From NCBI GenBank assembly GCA_003131585.1, contig PKVW01000027.1, forward strand, positions 16,549-80,548: a stretch of DNA of 64,000 bases, given 5' to 3'. Origin of the DNA: Acidobacteriaceae bacterium (GTDB lineage Bacteria; Acidobacteriota; Terriglobia; Terriglobales; Acidobacteriaceae). Below the pieces are notes generated by a model, which worked only from the letters and a program-made list of their open reading frames with translations, was not told the DNA's origin and ran no database searches. The position numbers and the translations under genes are program-made. Below, in pieces: positions 28,555-38,212 of this stretch; the stretch's first letter is position 1, and each line of letters starts with the position of its first letter.

Positions 28555-29532
28555 CTATGACCGTGCATTCCCCAACGGCTTTCTGCCCCTGACGCCCACC
28601 GCGACGTCGCCGACACTCAGCCCTTCCAGTCCGCAACTTTCAAACCAGCGGAACACCTGCTCATACGTGTGTTTGGACTGATACTGAGGGGAATACCAGT
28701 CCAGTGTATCCAGGACTCGGACTTCCGGATCGGAATGGCGGTTGACCGGAAAGACGTGATGAACCATGCCTGCCACCGGTTTGCCGACAATCGGAACCAC
28801 GCGAAGTCCACGATCCAGCCAATAAAAAAAAGGCACGGCCACGCGAAAAAAACTATGTAAGGTGCGGGGGGACATGCGGTGAGTAATCTTCCGGTATTGG
28901 TCGCTGAAGCGATACCACTTGTTGTAACCGCTATACAGCCAAACCGCGAGCGTGCCGCCTGGCTTCAAATACTGCGGCAGCGCCTTAACGGCGTTCTCGC
29001 AGTCGGGAGTGTGATGGAGCACGCCCATGCTGTAAATGCAATCGAAGGTGTCGGGGGCGAAGGGGAGCGAGAATACGTCGGCCTGGAATGCGACGAACTC
29101 GCGGTCGGACAGATTCCTGGCCGCAACCTCGGCGGCTGCGCTGAGGTCGATGCCAATCACGCGGGCACCCCATCGGGTCACCACCTCGGCGAACCGGCCC
29201 ATGCCGCATCCCACGTCCAGCACTAGCTTTCCCTTCAAGTCTTGCGGTTTCAGGCCTGTTTTCCGGGCAAAATCGAGCTCCGAGAGATCCCTGTCCGCGC
29301 GGTCCAATTGAGTCCGCTCAAATCGCCGCCACTGATATCCGAAGCTATCGGCGTAGTTGCCCTCATCCACAAAGCGCAGGACCCCGCGAACCTCGGGGAA
29401 GCGCCGGCCGCAGGAGGGACAACTAAGACCGTGGTCCAAACTGGCGAGCGACCCCCTGCAGATCGGGCAGCGCAGCAGCGTGAACAGATCGGGGGGGATC
29501 GAGAGGTGAGTCAATTCGGGTCTTCCAGACAA
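28555..29532 (-). CDS. Class I SAM-dependent methyltransferase with N-terminal Trm112-like zinc ribbon
   Basis: LLRCPICRGSL...CPSCGRRFPEVRGVLRF, SAM motif I VLDVGCGMGRF, and FDCIYSMGVLHH. Confidence 0.85.
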   Translation of the reverse strand: MSGRPELTHLSIPPDLFTLLRCPICRGSLASLDHGLSCPSCGRRFPEVRGVLRFVDEGNYADSFGYQWRRFERTQLDRADRDLSELDFARKTGLKPQDLKGKLVLDVGCGMGRFAEVVTRWGARVIGIDLSAAAEVAARNLSDREFVAFQADVFSLPFAPDTFDCIYSMGVLHHTPDCENAVKALPQYLKPGGTLAVWLYSGYNKWYRFSDQYRKITHRMSPRTLHSFFRVAVPFFYWLDRGLRVVPIVGKPVAGMVHHVFPVNRHSDPEVRVLDTLDWYSPQYQSKHTYEQVFRWFESCGLEGLSVGDVAVGVRGRKPLGNARS

Positions 29533-29819
29533 CGAAGTGCTCCTTGGCGAGTTGTCAGTTGTGAACCTGATCCCACATGGTTAGGTTACCGCAAAACCGG
29601 AGCAGTTGGGATGCAACGGAAAAATCGAGAGTCATCAGGCTTACCGTGTAATGGCGCTTTGCTAAGTTACTCTGGTGCGGTTCTCGCAGCCGGTGATATT
29701 ATGGCGTCGAATGCGTCAATCTGCCGTGGAGATTCCCATCGAAGCGGCCGGGTCTCGGTCCGCCATCCGTTTGCACCATCGCCCCATGAGCGCGTGGGCG
29801 TGCGCCTTCTGGGTGCTGC

Positions 29820-30791
29820 ATGAGTAAGCTGGCACTCCGTGTTCTGCAAAGCTGCGGAGTGTTCTCCGTGACACGAGCGATGTCAGCGGGAATGGCCCGG
29901 ATCCTCATGTATCACAACTTCTCCGGCGCAAATGGAACCGATCCCGATGCGCTGAATGTGGAAGGGATACGCCGCCAGTTCACCCACCTGCGGCGGCACT
30001 TTCGGGTGGTGCCTTTGTTGCATCTGGTTGAGCAACTGGCCTCCGGGCGCAAGCTGGACCGGCACATGGTGGCGTTGACGATTGATGATGGCCGGCGCAG
30101 CTGTTATGAGTTCTTTTTTCCGTTGCTGAAGGAATTTGGACTGCCGGCAACCTTCTTTGTGGTGAGTTCGTTCGTGCGGGGGGAAGACTGGATTTGGACG
30201 GACAAGGTGATCTGGCTGAGTGAGCAGTCCAAGCCCCCGGAAGAGCTTGTGCCCGGCAAGCTAGAGGGCGTCTTTCGGGCTCTGAATCGGGTGCGACCGG
30301 AAGAGCGCAACGCGTGGATCGAAGCCAGGGCCAAGCGCATGGGCATAACCGTTCCAAGCACGGTTCCAGCGAAATACACGCCCTGTTCCTGGAGCGAACT
30401 TCGGGAAATGGCGGATTCCGGTTTGATGGAGATAGGCTCGCATACGGTGACCCATCCGATTCTGTCGAGTGTCACGGATGAGGAATCCTGGGATGAGCTG
30501 ACCCGGTCTCGGGCTCAAATCGAAGAAGGAGTCGGACGAACGGTGAATTGCTTCTGTTATCCCAACGGCATGCCCGGCGATTACCGGCCGAGTCAGGTCC
30601 GGCAGGTGGAGCAGGCGGGATACGCTTGCTCTGTGAGTGCGCAGTTCGGCATGGTCAACCCCGCCAGCGACCGATACCAGCTGCCGCGCATCGGCGTGGC
30701 GCGCAAATCCACGATCCCTGAGTTCTCCAAGTACCTGGATGGATTTGCCCATTACCAGCAAAAGCTGGAAGCAGGGCGACGCAAAGGGTGA
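29820..30791 (+). CDS. Polysaccharide deacetylase (NodB homology domain), second copy
   Basis: ALTIDDGRRSCYE, LPATFFV, GSHTVTHPIL. 323 aa. Confidence 0.85.
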   Translation: MSKLALRVLQSCGVFSVTRAMSAGMARILMYHNFSGANGTDPDALNVEGIRRQFTHLRRHFRVVPLLHLVEQLASGRKLDRHMVALTIDDGRRSCYEFFFPLLKEFGLPATFFVVSSFVRGEDWIWTDKVIWLSEQSKPPEELVPGKLEGVFRALNRVRPEERNAWIEARAKRMGITVPSTVPAKYTPCSWSELREMADSGLMEIGSHTVTHPILSSVTDEESWDELTRSRAQIEEGVGRTVNCFCYPNGMPGDYRPSQVRQVEQAGYACSVSAQFGMVNPASDRYQLPRIGVARKSTIPEFSKYLDGFAHYQQKLEAGRRKG

Positions 30792-31102
30792 CTAGTCACC
30801 ACTGTTCTTTGAGCCCCCTCAAAGCCATGAGTCTTCGCCGGTGACGTCCGTTGCGGCTGGTTTTTAGCGGAAAACGGGCGTTTTTCTTGTATCATGCACT
30901 GCATGCTGAGTGAGATGCAGTATCGCCTCCTCCGCTTGGTTGCTCCGCGGCTGCCTTCCACGATGGGCGGCGGAGCTTACGCGGGAAAAAGCAAGCTGCG
31001 GATTCTGTTGCCCGGGATCGAAACTGAGATCAAAGAACTTTCCTTCGTGCGGTTCGGAGACGCGGAACCTTAGGACTCTCTGACGGGTAGGATGATCGGA
31101 CC

Positions 31103-31912
31103 ATGACTCTGAGTTACTCCAGAATTCTGGGCAGGAAAGCGTCGCGGGCGGCGCAGAATCTTATTTGTCCTCACTTGGGCTGGAATCAGGAGCGCTACGG
31201 AAACGTGCTTCATCAACACCTGCAACCTGGCGGGAATACTCGCTGGCTGGAGGCTGGCTGCGGCCACCGTATTCTTCCCAATGGTCTGGAGTCGATTGAG
31301 AAGTTGGCTGTCAAGCAAGCCAGATTCGTGGTCGGAATGGACATGGATTGGAGCAGTTTGCGCACCCACCGCAGCATAGGGCGGCGAGTAAAGGCCTCGA
31401 TGAGCGGGGTGCCGTTTGCCGACGAAAGCTTCGACCTTGTGGGTTGCAACATGGTGGCGGAGCATCTTGAGGATCCCGGCCAATGCTTGGCAGAATTGAC
31501 TCGGGTCCTGGCCCCGAACGGCGTTTTGCTCATCCACACGCCGAATATCAGGAATTACATGGTGTTCTTGAACCATGCCGTCTCGCGACTTCTTCCGCGG
31601 CACTGGATGGCGTCGTTCGTGCATTCCGCCGAACAACGCGCCCAAGAAGATGTTTTTCCCGCGCTCTATCGGATGAATTCCGCCGAGAAGCTCCGGCAGG
31701 CAGCTCGCGATCTGGGCTTGCAAATCGAATCGGAGGAATTCCTCACGGGACCACGGCCGTTCTTCGCTTTTTTTCTGCCCCTCGCATTGATCCAGTTGAT
31801 TATCTTGCGGCTGTTGGCGCTGCCTCGACTGAGCAAATTTCAGACCACCATCCTGGTAGTGATGCGCAAACCGGTCCATCCGGCCGTGATCGCTGCGCGA
31901 GCAGTTGCATAG
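31103..31912 (+). CDS. Class I SAM-dependent methyltransferase
   Basis: WLEAGCGHRIL (motif I variant), FADESFDLVGCNMVAEHLEDP, LAPNGVLLIHTPN. Confidence 0.8.
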   Translation: MTLSYSRILGRKASRAAQNLICPHLGWNQERYGNVLHQHLQPGGNTRWLEAGCGHRILPNGLESIEKLAVKQARFVVGMDMDWSSLRTHRSIGRRVKASMSGVPFADESFDLVGCNMVAEHLEDPGQCLAELTRVLAPNGVLLIHTPNIRNYMVFLNHAVSRLLPRHWMASFVHSAEQRAQEDVFPALYRMNSAEKLRQAARDLGLQIESEEFLTGPRPFFAFFLPLALIQLIILRLLALPRLSKFQTTILVVMRKPVHPAVIAARAVA

Positions 31913-31962
31913 GCCGCATCAGCCTGAGGGTGAATGTATCGCCGGGTAATGGTAATGGAGCT

Positions 31963-34131
31963 ATGCCCCGCGAATTCCGCTGTAGCTGTGAAACGAAAGA
32001 AACCATGAGCCTGCTCGAATGTCTGAAATGCAGTGAGAAGCTTGATTGTGGCCCGGAACAATGTGTCTGCCGCGGGTGCGGGACCACGTGGCCAGTGCGC
32101 GACGGAATTCCGCGTTTCTTTCAGGTGCCCGATCACTACTGGGGCGAAGTGGACCGCAATCAGGCTTTGGAACTCATTGAGGCGGCGCGGCAAGGGTCAT
32201 GGGTGGAAGCGGTGCGTGCCCGCTTTCCCGAGAAAGACAACATGATATTTGGTTTGCTCGATCTTCAACGCGCGTCCTGGGCACCTATGCTGGGGCTTGA
32301 CGAGCAATCTACCGTTCTGGACATCGGTTCCGGCTACGGTTGCATTACCCATTCCCTTTCTCGTTTTGCAGGAGAGGTCTATTCGGTTGAAGCTGTAACC
32401 GAGCGGATCGAGTTTACAAGGGAAAGATTGCGGCAGGAGCGGATCCTCAATGTGCATCTCGTTCAAGCATCGGCTACCGAGCTGCCACTCGCGGAGAACA
32501 GCTTTGACCTGGTGGTGGTGAATGGTGTCCTCGAATGGGTTGGAGAATGGGACCTTGCGGTCGATCCTCGCACTGTCCAGATCAATTTTCTAAAGAAGAT
32601 TTGCCGCCTGCTCAAGAATGACGGCGTTTTGCTGATTGGTATCGAAAACCGGATCGGGCTGGGCTTATTCCTGGGGAATAACGACCACTCGGGGATTCCG
32701 TACACTAGCCTCGTCCCCCGCGCGGTGGCGAGCTTTATGTTAAGGCACACTTCCAAACGCCACCACCGCACCCAATTGAACCCGCGAAAGCAGTATCGCA
32801 CCTACACGTATTCGGAGCGCGGATACCGCAAGCTGCTGGCGGAGGCTGGATTCGCGGCGGTGTCTTCCTACTGGGCTGACCCGGGCTACAACCAGCCCTA
32901 CCATCTCGTCCCGCTAGCGGCCGCAGGCTGGGTACGACAACACTTCGTGGAATTACTCGACCACCCCAGCCCTGCGCCTCGGCGGAGCTGGCGTCGCAGG
33001 TTGAAGAGAATCGCAATGCCCTTCGCTGACTCGTTCGTGGCGGATTTCGTGCTGCTGGCTTCGAAGCAGCCCGGCCGCAGAACCAAACTGCAAACATGGG
33101 TCGAAGAGCGCCTAGCGGAATCCAGCGGAAAACGTCGAGATCTCGCGGCGAACCCCCGATCAGTGACCTGGGCACTCCATACAGGACCGTTCAAAGAAAC
33201 GTCCATCGTCCGGCTCGGGGACGCGAGAACGGGTTCCGGCCTCGCCTATCTCAAGGTGTTCACTGGGAACCAAGAAGCCGGGGCGTGCTTTGAAAGAGAG
33301 GTTACGAACCGCGCGAAGGTACAAGAAAGCCTGAATGCTTCGGCTACTCCATTGGTGCGGGTCCCTCGCTTCTGCGGTACGTTGCGAATCCGCAATACGG
33401 CTTATTATCTAGAGTCAGCGTCGCAAGGAACCAAAATAAGCGACATCGTTCGCGAGTGGGGTTATTTTGACAACGCAGGAAGAGTCGAGCGGGATTTCTC
33501 TCAGATCTGCGACCGCATCATCGAGCTTACCTCGGTCCTGCAGAATATGTCGGGTGTGCCGACGATCAGTCCAACCTGGCGTGAGATTCCCCAAGAACTT
33601 CGGAGTCGTCCTGACCTGACTCGCGGGCTTGCTGAGAGACGATATTTTCAAGAGGCGTTTCCCGAGTCTCCTGCGACCTGGATTCAGCATGGAGATCTTT
33701 CGGTTGAGAATACTCATATCGACCGGACCACCGGAGGGTTCGAAGTATTCGACTGGAGCGACCTGGCCGGCGGTCTGCCGCCACTCTACGACTTCTTTCA
33801 ATTTTTCTATTCGACCGGGTATCTTGCGCCCGCGGAGGAAACCGTGAGGTTTGCATCCGAAGAAGACCGGTGGACTGCCAGCTTCAAGGCTGTATTCCTT
33901 TCGGAGTCAGCGTTTGGGCGAGTGACTCGACGTCTTATCCTGCAAGCCTGTGAACGACTGAATGTCTCGCCACAAAAGGCCCCGTCGCTTTTATTGGAGT
34001 TCCTGATCATCCGATGCAACTATTATCAGGCGCGATCCGCCGTGCAACATCGCGTGCACTTGCGCTTGCTCGAAGCAGGTATCGCGGCATTTGAGCGGCT
34101 GCAATCGGACTGGGGCAACCCAAATGGATAA
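31963..34131 (+). CDS. Fusion protein: zinc-ribbon + SAM methyltransferase + C-terminal APH/choline-kinase-like phosphotransferase domain
   Basis: ATG 31963 (alternative 32005) follows the upstream stop at 31912. The ORF-track start at 31483 lies inside the previous gene. Motifs: CLKC...CRGCG...DGIPRFF, VLDIGSGYGC, DLVVVNGVLEWV. The C-terminal catalytic-loop-like IQHGDLSVENTHI and FEVFDWSDL match the kinase-fold HGDxxxxN...D pattern. Confidence 0.7.
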   Translation: MPREFRCSCETKETMSLLECLKCSEKLDCGPEQCVCRGCGTTWPVRDGIPRFFQVPDHYWGEVDRNQALELIEAARQGSWVEAVRARFPEKDNMIFGLLDLQRASWAPMLGLDEQSTVLDIGSGYGCITHSLSRFAGEVYSVEAVTERIEFTRERLRQERILNVHLVQASATELPLAENSFDLVVVNGVLEWVGEWDLAVDPRTVQINFLKKICRLLKNDGVLLIGIENRIGLGLFLGNNDHSGIPYTSLVPRAVASFMLRHTSKRHHRTQLNPRKQYRTYTYSERGYRKLLAEAGFAAVSSYWADPGYNQPYHLVPLAAAGWVRQHFVELLDHPSPAPRRSWRRRLKRIAMPFADSFVADFVLLASKQPGRRTKLQTWVEERLAESSGKRRDLAANPRSVTWALHTGPFKETSIVRLGDARTGSGLAYLKVFTGNQEAGACFEREVTNRAKVQESLNASATPLVRVPRFCGTLRIRNTAYYLESASQGTKISDIVREWGYFDNAGRVERDFSQICDRIIELTSVLQNMSGVPTISPTWREIPQELRSRPDLTRGLAERRYFQEAFPESPATWIQHGDLSVENTHIDRTTGGFEVFDWSDLAGGLPPLYDFFQFFYSTGYLAPAEETVRFASEEDRWTASFKAVFLSESAFGRVTRRLILQACERLNVSPQKAPSLLLEFLIIRCNYYQARSAVQHRVHLRLLEAGIAAFERLQSDWGNPNG

Positions 34132-34211
34132 GGTCTTCTTGCCACTGCTCGCGCCGCCTTCAGCCAGGGCGACCACCGTTTTCGTCAATTAAATGGTTCG
34201 CAGACCGCCAT

Positions 34212-36527
34212 CTACCTCAGTTCGACGACAAATACATCTCCGCGACAGTCGCTAGCGATGGTGCAGGTTGTCGCTCCCGATTCCGAGCCCAGCCCACCCA
34301 TCCAGTCGGAAGAAAAGATGAAGAACTTTCCATCTTGCGAAACACTGCCAATCGCGTACTCCGTGCTGAACCTCTGGGAGCGGGCAGTAATGAAACTGTG
34401 AGCGAATCGCCAGGTCTTTCCGCTGCCGTCCGCCGCGACCGCAATGATTTCGTTATACCAGGGGGCGGGGAAGGGGCTAATCGTGCTCCAGGTGGAGGAG
34501 AGGAACGGCAGGGTATCAGCCGGATCGACATTATTCCACGACTGGTGCTGGTCAAACGGAGAAGTGATGCTTGGAGGAAAACTGTTGGTGAGGTTGCTCA
34601 CGGAAGTGGGGTCGCCAAATGAGCGGATTACCTGGTTGGACATCGGCGAGTTGTTGTTGTTCACCCAATGCGTATAGCCTTCGGTAAAATGGCCGCTGCA
34701 GTGTTTGCCGTCCCCGCATGAGATTACGTTCGTGGTTCCGATCTGCCAGAAGTAAGGTCCGTTCGAGCAACTGGACGACGTACAGGTCTGGAGAGAGACG
34801 ATCAGCCAGTTTCCATCCTTCGACAGCTTCACGTTGTGGACTGTCCAGCGATCCGCTCTGTTGATCGTGCCTTTGGCTCCCCAATCGCCACCCACCTGGC
34901 CGGTCTGTGTATTCAGCACGCTGCAACCGCTCCCGACCTTGTAGGCGACTGCATAGATGCCGGTTCCCTGGTCTCCGCTGTTGGAATAACCCATGCCAAA
35001 GACAGTATCGTCGCCGCTTACACCACCCTTGGTTTTCCACGTCTCCGTGAATCCCGCCGGAAGACAATTGGCACTGCTCGTGAAATCATAGACTGGTTGC
35101 GGGGATGGCGGATTGCTGCGGTCGGTAAAGTCGTACTTGCTGATGGTGGTTCCATCGTAGGTATAAAGAACGTCCGGGTTCACACGACTCCAGTTGCCGC
35201 TATCCGACAGCCTGAACCCATTCGTCGTAGGAAAGCTTGAAACATACATTCGAGCCGCCTGCAGCGTGGCCGGATTGAAGGTAAAGGGAAAAGCTTGTGT
35301 CCCGGTATCCTGCACAATCAGAAGAGTCGAATCGATGTTCCAGAGATTGTCGTCGGCGCTTCCGCTTGAAGCTGTCACGTAGGTACGGTTCTTAAAGGTT
35401 GGGTCGGAATTAGTATTCGCATCCGTAATTCGCACGATGCGGTTGCCAAAATCGGGGTCGGTGACAATCGCGTTGGCGCCCGAAAGGTTGCCCACACTGG
35501 GCGGAACTGAGGGTACCTGAACGATGGTAGTGTCGGTTCGGGAGCAGTCGTAAGCAGGAGGCCCGCAAGTCCCCCCGGAAACCGACACCAGAAGAGAGAG
35601 GCCCTCCTGTGCGCTGTGCGAGGCCGCATCCGTCGCACGCACGCTGAAGGTAAAGGTTCCGGCTTGGGTGGCTGACCCAGATAGCGTTCCAGTACTTGCA
35701 CCGAGCTGCAGGCCCGCCGGCAGGGAGCCCGAGACGATGCTCCACCCATAGGGAGGTTGTCCGCCACTCGCGGTCAGCGAGGCTGAATAGGGTGTGGTCT
35801 CCACGGCCGGCGGCACACTGGAAGTAGTAATTGCGAATACGGTGCTGGCGATCGAGACGGCAGTGCTGCCGCGCGCGGTGGATTCGGCCACGCTAGTAGC
35901 AGTCACTGTGATCAACGCTGCGCCGGTGTTGGCTGGGGCCGTGAATAAGCCATTGCTAGAGATGCTCCCTGCGCTGGCCGACCAGGTAACCGCCGTGTTG
36001 CTTGTATTACTCACCACTGCGGCGAACTGCACCTTCCCGCCTGCTGCAACCGATGGATCTGCGGGAGAAATCTGAACGGTGACACACTTGACACAGGGAG
36101 TAACCGTCACCGTGTAGGAACGCACGCCCGAGGCGCCGATGGGATCGCCCGTAACCGCGATCGTGAATGCAAAGTTACCCGGCTGGGTCGGAATTCCGGA
36201 AATGCTTCCGGTCTGCGGGTTGAGAACCAGTCCCGGCGGCAACTCGCCCTGACTAACCACGAAGCGGTAGGGTGCGAGCCCTCCGCTGACGGACAGTACC
36301 TCAAGATAGCTGCTACCGACACTGGCATTGGGCAGTGCGGTTTGAATAGAAATGCGTTCCGCCGATTGCGCCGATGCTTGCGAGGAAGGCGGAGCGCCCT
36401 GCGCCATTGTATTGCAGCCCGTCCACAAGAAAGAACAAGCAGCCACCAGGACCAGAGGCAGGGCGAGCTTGAGGCTTCGCTTCGGATTACCTTCCTCGAA
36501 AATAAAGGCCGGGTTCACGTGCCACAT
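34212..36527 (-). CDS. Secreted (possibly lipoprotein) Ig-like-repeat protein with C-terminal beta-propeller-like domain paralogous to 15535-16920
   Basis: Signal/lipobox-like KRSLKLALPLVLVAACSFLWTGC. Two putative-Ig-type repeats (GGLAPYRFVVSQGELPPGLVLNPQTGSISGIPT; GGQPPYGWSIVSGSLPAGLQLGASTGTLSGSAT) flank a Big_2-like segment (VTVQISPADPSVAAGGKVQFAAVV). The C-terminal approx 430 aa share blocks with the paralog (NTQTGQVGGDWGAKGTI, HQSWNNVDPAD, TWRFAHS, VSQDGKFFIFSSDW, DVFVVELR). Confidence 0.75.
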   Translation of the reverse strand: MWHVNPAFIFEEGNPKRSLKLALPLVLVAACSFLWTGCNTMAQGAPPSSQASAQSAERISIQTALPNASVGSSYLEVLSVSGGLAPYRFVVSQGELPPGLVLNPQTGSISGIPTQPGNFAFTIAVTGDPIGASGVRSYTVTVTPCVKCVTVQISPADPSVAAGGKVQFAAVVSNTSNTAVTWSASAGSISSNGLFTAPANTGAALITVTATSVAESTARGSTAVSIASTVFAITTSSVPPAVETTPYSASLTASGGQPPYGWSIVSGSLPAGLQLGASTGTLSGSATQAGTFTFSVRATDAASHSAQEGLSLLVSVSGGTCGPPAYDCSRTDTTIVQVPSVPPSVGNLSGANAIVTDPDFGNRIVRITDANTNSDPTFKNRTYVTASSGSADDNLWNIDSTLLIVQDTGTQAFPFTFNPATLQAARMYVSSFPTTNGFRLSDSGNWSRVNPDVLYTYDGTTISKYDFTDRSNPPSPQPVYDFTSSANCLPAGFTETWKTKGGVSGDDTVFGMGYSNSGDQGTGIYAVAYKVGSGCSVLNTQTGQVGGDWGAKGTINRADRWTVHNVKLSKDGNWLIVSLQTCTSSSCSNGPYFWQIGTTNVISCGDGKHCSGHFTEGYTHWVNNNNSPMSNQVIRSFGDPTSVSNLTNSFPPSITSPFDQHQSWNNVDPADTLPFLSSTWSTISPFPAPWYNEIIAVAADGSGKTWRFAHSFITARSQRFSTEYAIGSVSQDGKFFIFSSDWMGGLGSESGATTCTIASDCRGDVFVVELR

Positions 36528-36753
36528 GGGTATCCCTCGGAAACAGATTTGGCGGGGACCAAGGGTTCAAGTCCGTAAAAGGACTCTAATGAGAGGATGA
36601 ACACGGCGACAGATATCTGAAGGCCGTGCCCTTTTAGAAACACGAAGGTACAAGTCAGCCTGGGCAAAAGGCCAGGGCCCGAGGCTGTCAAGCGAGACTA
36701 GGCCGAAGTTTCCTGGCGCTGTGAACCGGAGTCTCGGAGTGAAGCGATGGGGT

Positions 36754-37569
36754 TCAGTCTGCCGCCGGGCCAGACCAATTCTTCAGGTGCCACTCGCGGC
36801 CGCGGACACACAAAGCCGCAACATACCCGGGGCCAGCCGGTATTTCCCGCAGGGACCAGAGCGCGGCTTCAGAATCGTCAGGCCGGGTTGAAAGCAGCGC
36901 ATTCCTATCCTGCGCTGCGATGGAAACATCGAATTGATGCAGAGGAAGCGATAAGCCTTCGCCGGTCGCTTTAATGTAGGCCTCTTTGCGGGTCCAGCAG
37001 CGGAAGAAAGCCTCAAATCGCTTCTCGTCCGGCGCCGCGGCAAGTTGTCTCTGCTCGTGCGCCGAAAAGAATCGGCGGGCGATGGCCTCGAGGTCGAAAT
37101 CGCGGCGAACTCGTTCCACATCGACACCGATCTCTCGCCGGCGTGTAAAGGCAAACAACGCGATTCCGCCGGAATGAGAAACATTGAAGGTAACATCGCT
37201 GTCCGCACGCGCCGTCTCCAGAGAAGGCTTTTCCTTCTTCGAGTAGCAGAAGCTCAAGCTGGCCGGATCCGTTGCCAGGTAGCTTGCCAGGATTGTCCTC
37301 AACAGGGCTCGCGATGCCACAAAGCGCTGCCGATCGCCCGGAAAATGAAAGCGGGAAGCACGCGTCGATTCGTCGGAGGAAAGCACTTTTTGCCAACGGG
37401 ATTCGTCAGGTCGCATCGCTTCCAGATCGACTCGCCAAAGGTGCACTTCGTCCGCGGGCAACTCGATGGACGCCTCGATGTGGAAGTCCGAGTCGGTGAT
37501 GTTCATGCTATGGCTCATGCGTCTCGCTCGCCCGGCCTTGCAGCAGCCCCCGATTGCCACTTCGTCCAT
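36754..37569 (-). CDS. 4'-phosphopantetheinyl transferase, Sfp type
   Basis: FNVSHSGGIALFAF, EIGVDVERV, FFRCWTRKEAYIKATGEGLS. An alternative start at ATG 37518 (MSHSMNI) is possible. Confidence 0.85.
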   Translation of the reverse strand: MDEVAIGGCCKAGRARRMSHSMNITDSDFHIEASIELPADEVHLWRVDLEAMRPDESRWQKVLSSDESTRASRFHFPGDRQRFVASRALLRTILASYLATDPASLSFCYSKKEKPSLETARADSDVTFNVSHSGGIALFAFTRRREIGVDVERVRRDFDLEAIARRFFSAHEQRQLAAAPDEKRFEAFFRCWTRKEAYIKATGEGLSLPLHQFDVSIAAQDRNALLSTRPDDSEAALWSLREIPAGPGYVAALCVRGREWHLKNWSGPAAD

Positions 37570-37774
37570 AATATCGGGCGCGCGAAATCAGCTAAAGCGG
37601 GATCCGCAATCCAGGTCACCACGCTGTGCATGCATCCTCCTTTCCGGCGGTCGCAGCCCCGACGCTCGGCACAGACGTAACCTGTTCAGATTACCCTTTG
37701 GGCAGCCCCTTGCCCGAAAACGTGCTCTAATTAGAAGAGCTACCTGGGCGGTATGGCCGATCGGGAGATTTCCC

Positions 37775-38212
37775 ATGATGAAGTATAGGGTCGTCTGTTT
37801 GTTCATAACCGTCGCAGCCTTGGTCGCCTTGGGGACAGCCCAGAACACGCAAACTCGCTCATCTTCCGCAAAGTCGGGTCCGGATCCGCTTCAGACCGCC
37901 ACCAAGCCACTGACTCCGAAATCCGCAATTACGCCCCACCGCAAGTCCTCGGTCGCGTTGCCGGCGACCAACGGTCGAAACACGACCGCGGAACTTACTC
38001 GCATGGAGCGGCAGAACGTCAAAGCCGGAGATTCGAAGAGCGTCAGTGTCTCATCGGCGCAACGCGTTTCTCCAGTAAAGTCCGCTGACACCTCTGCCGG
38101 GAATGGCTCGGGAATTGACTTTAAGTATAAAAAGCCGGCGGGCGGTCTGCGGGCTTCGACGCCAGACGCTCAGTCTGCGAACTCGGGCAGGCCGGTTACG
38201 AAGAAAAATTAG
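37775..38212 (+). CDS. Small secreted Ser/Thr/Lys-rich low-complexity protein, unknown function
   Basis: ATG 37775 is preceded by GGGAGA. Signal peptide [23 protein letters not shown]. The ORF-track start at 37466 overlaps the PPTase gene. The 3' end overlaps the convergent GT2 gene by 4 nt. Confidence 0.5.
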   Translation: MMKYRVVCLFITVAALVALGTAQNTQTRSSSAKSGPDPLQTATKPLTPKSAITPHRKSSVALPATNGRNTTAELTRMERQNVKAGDSKSVSVSSAQRVSPVKSADTSAGNGSGIDFKYKKPAGGLRASTPDAQSANSGRPVTKKN

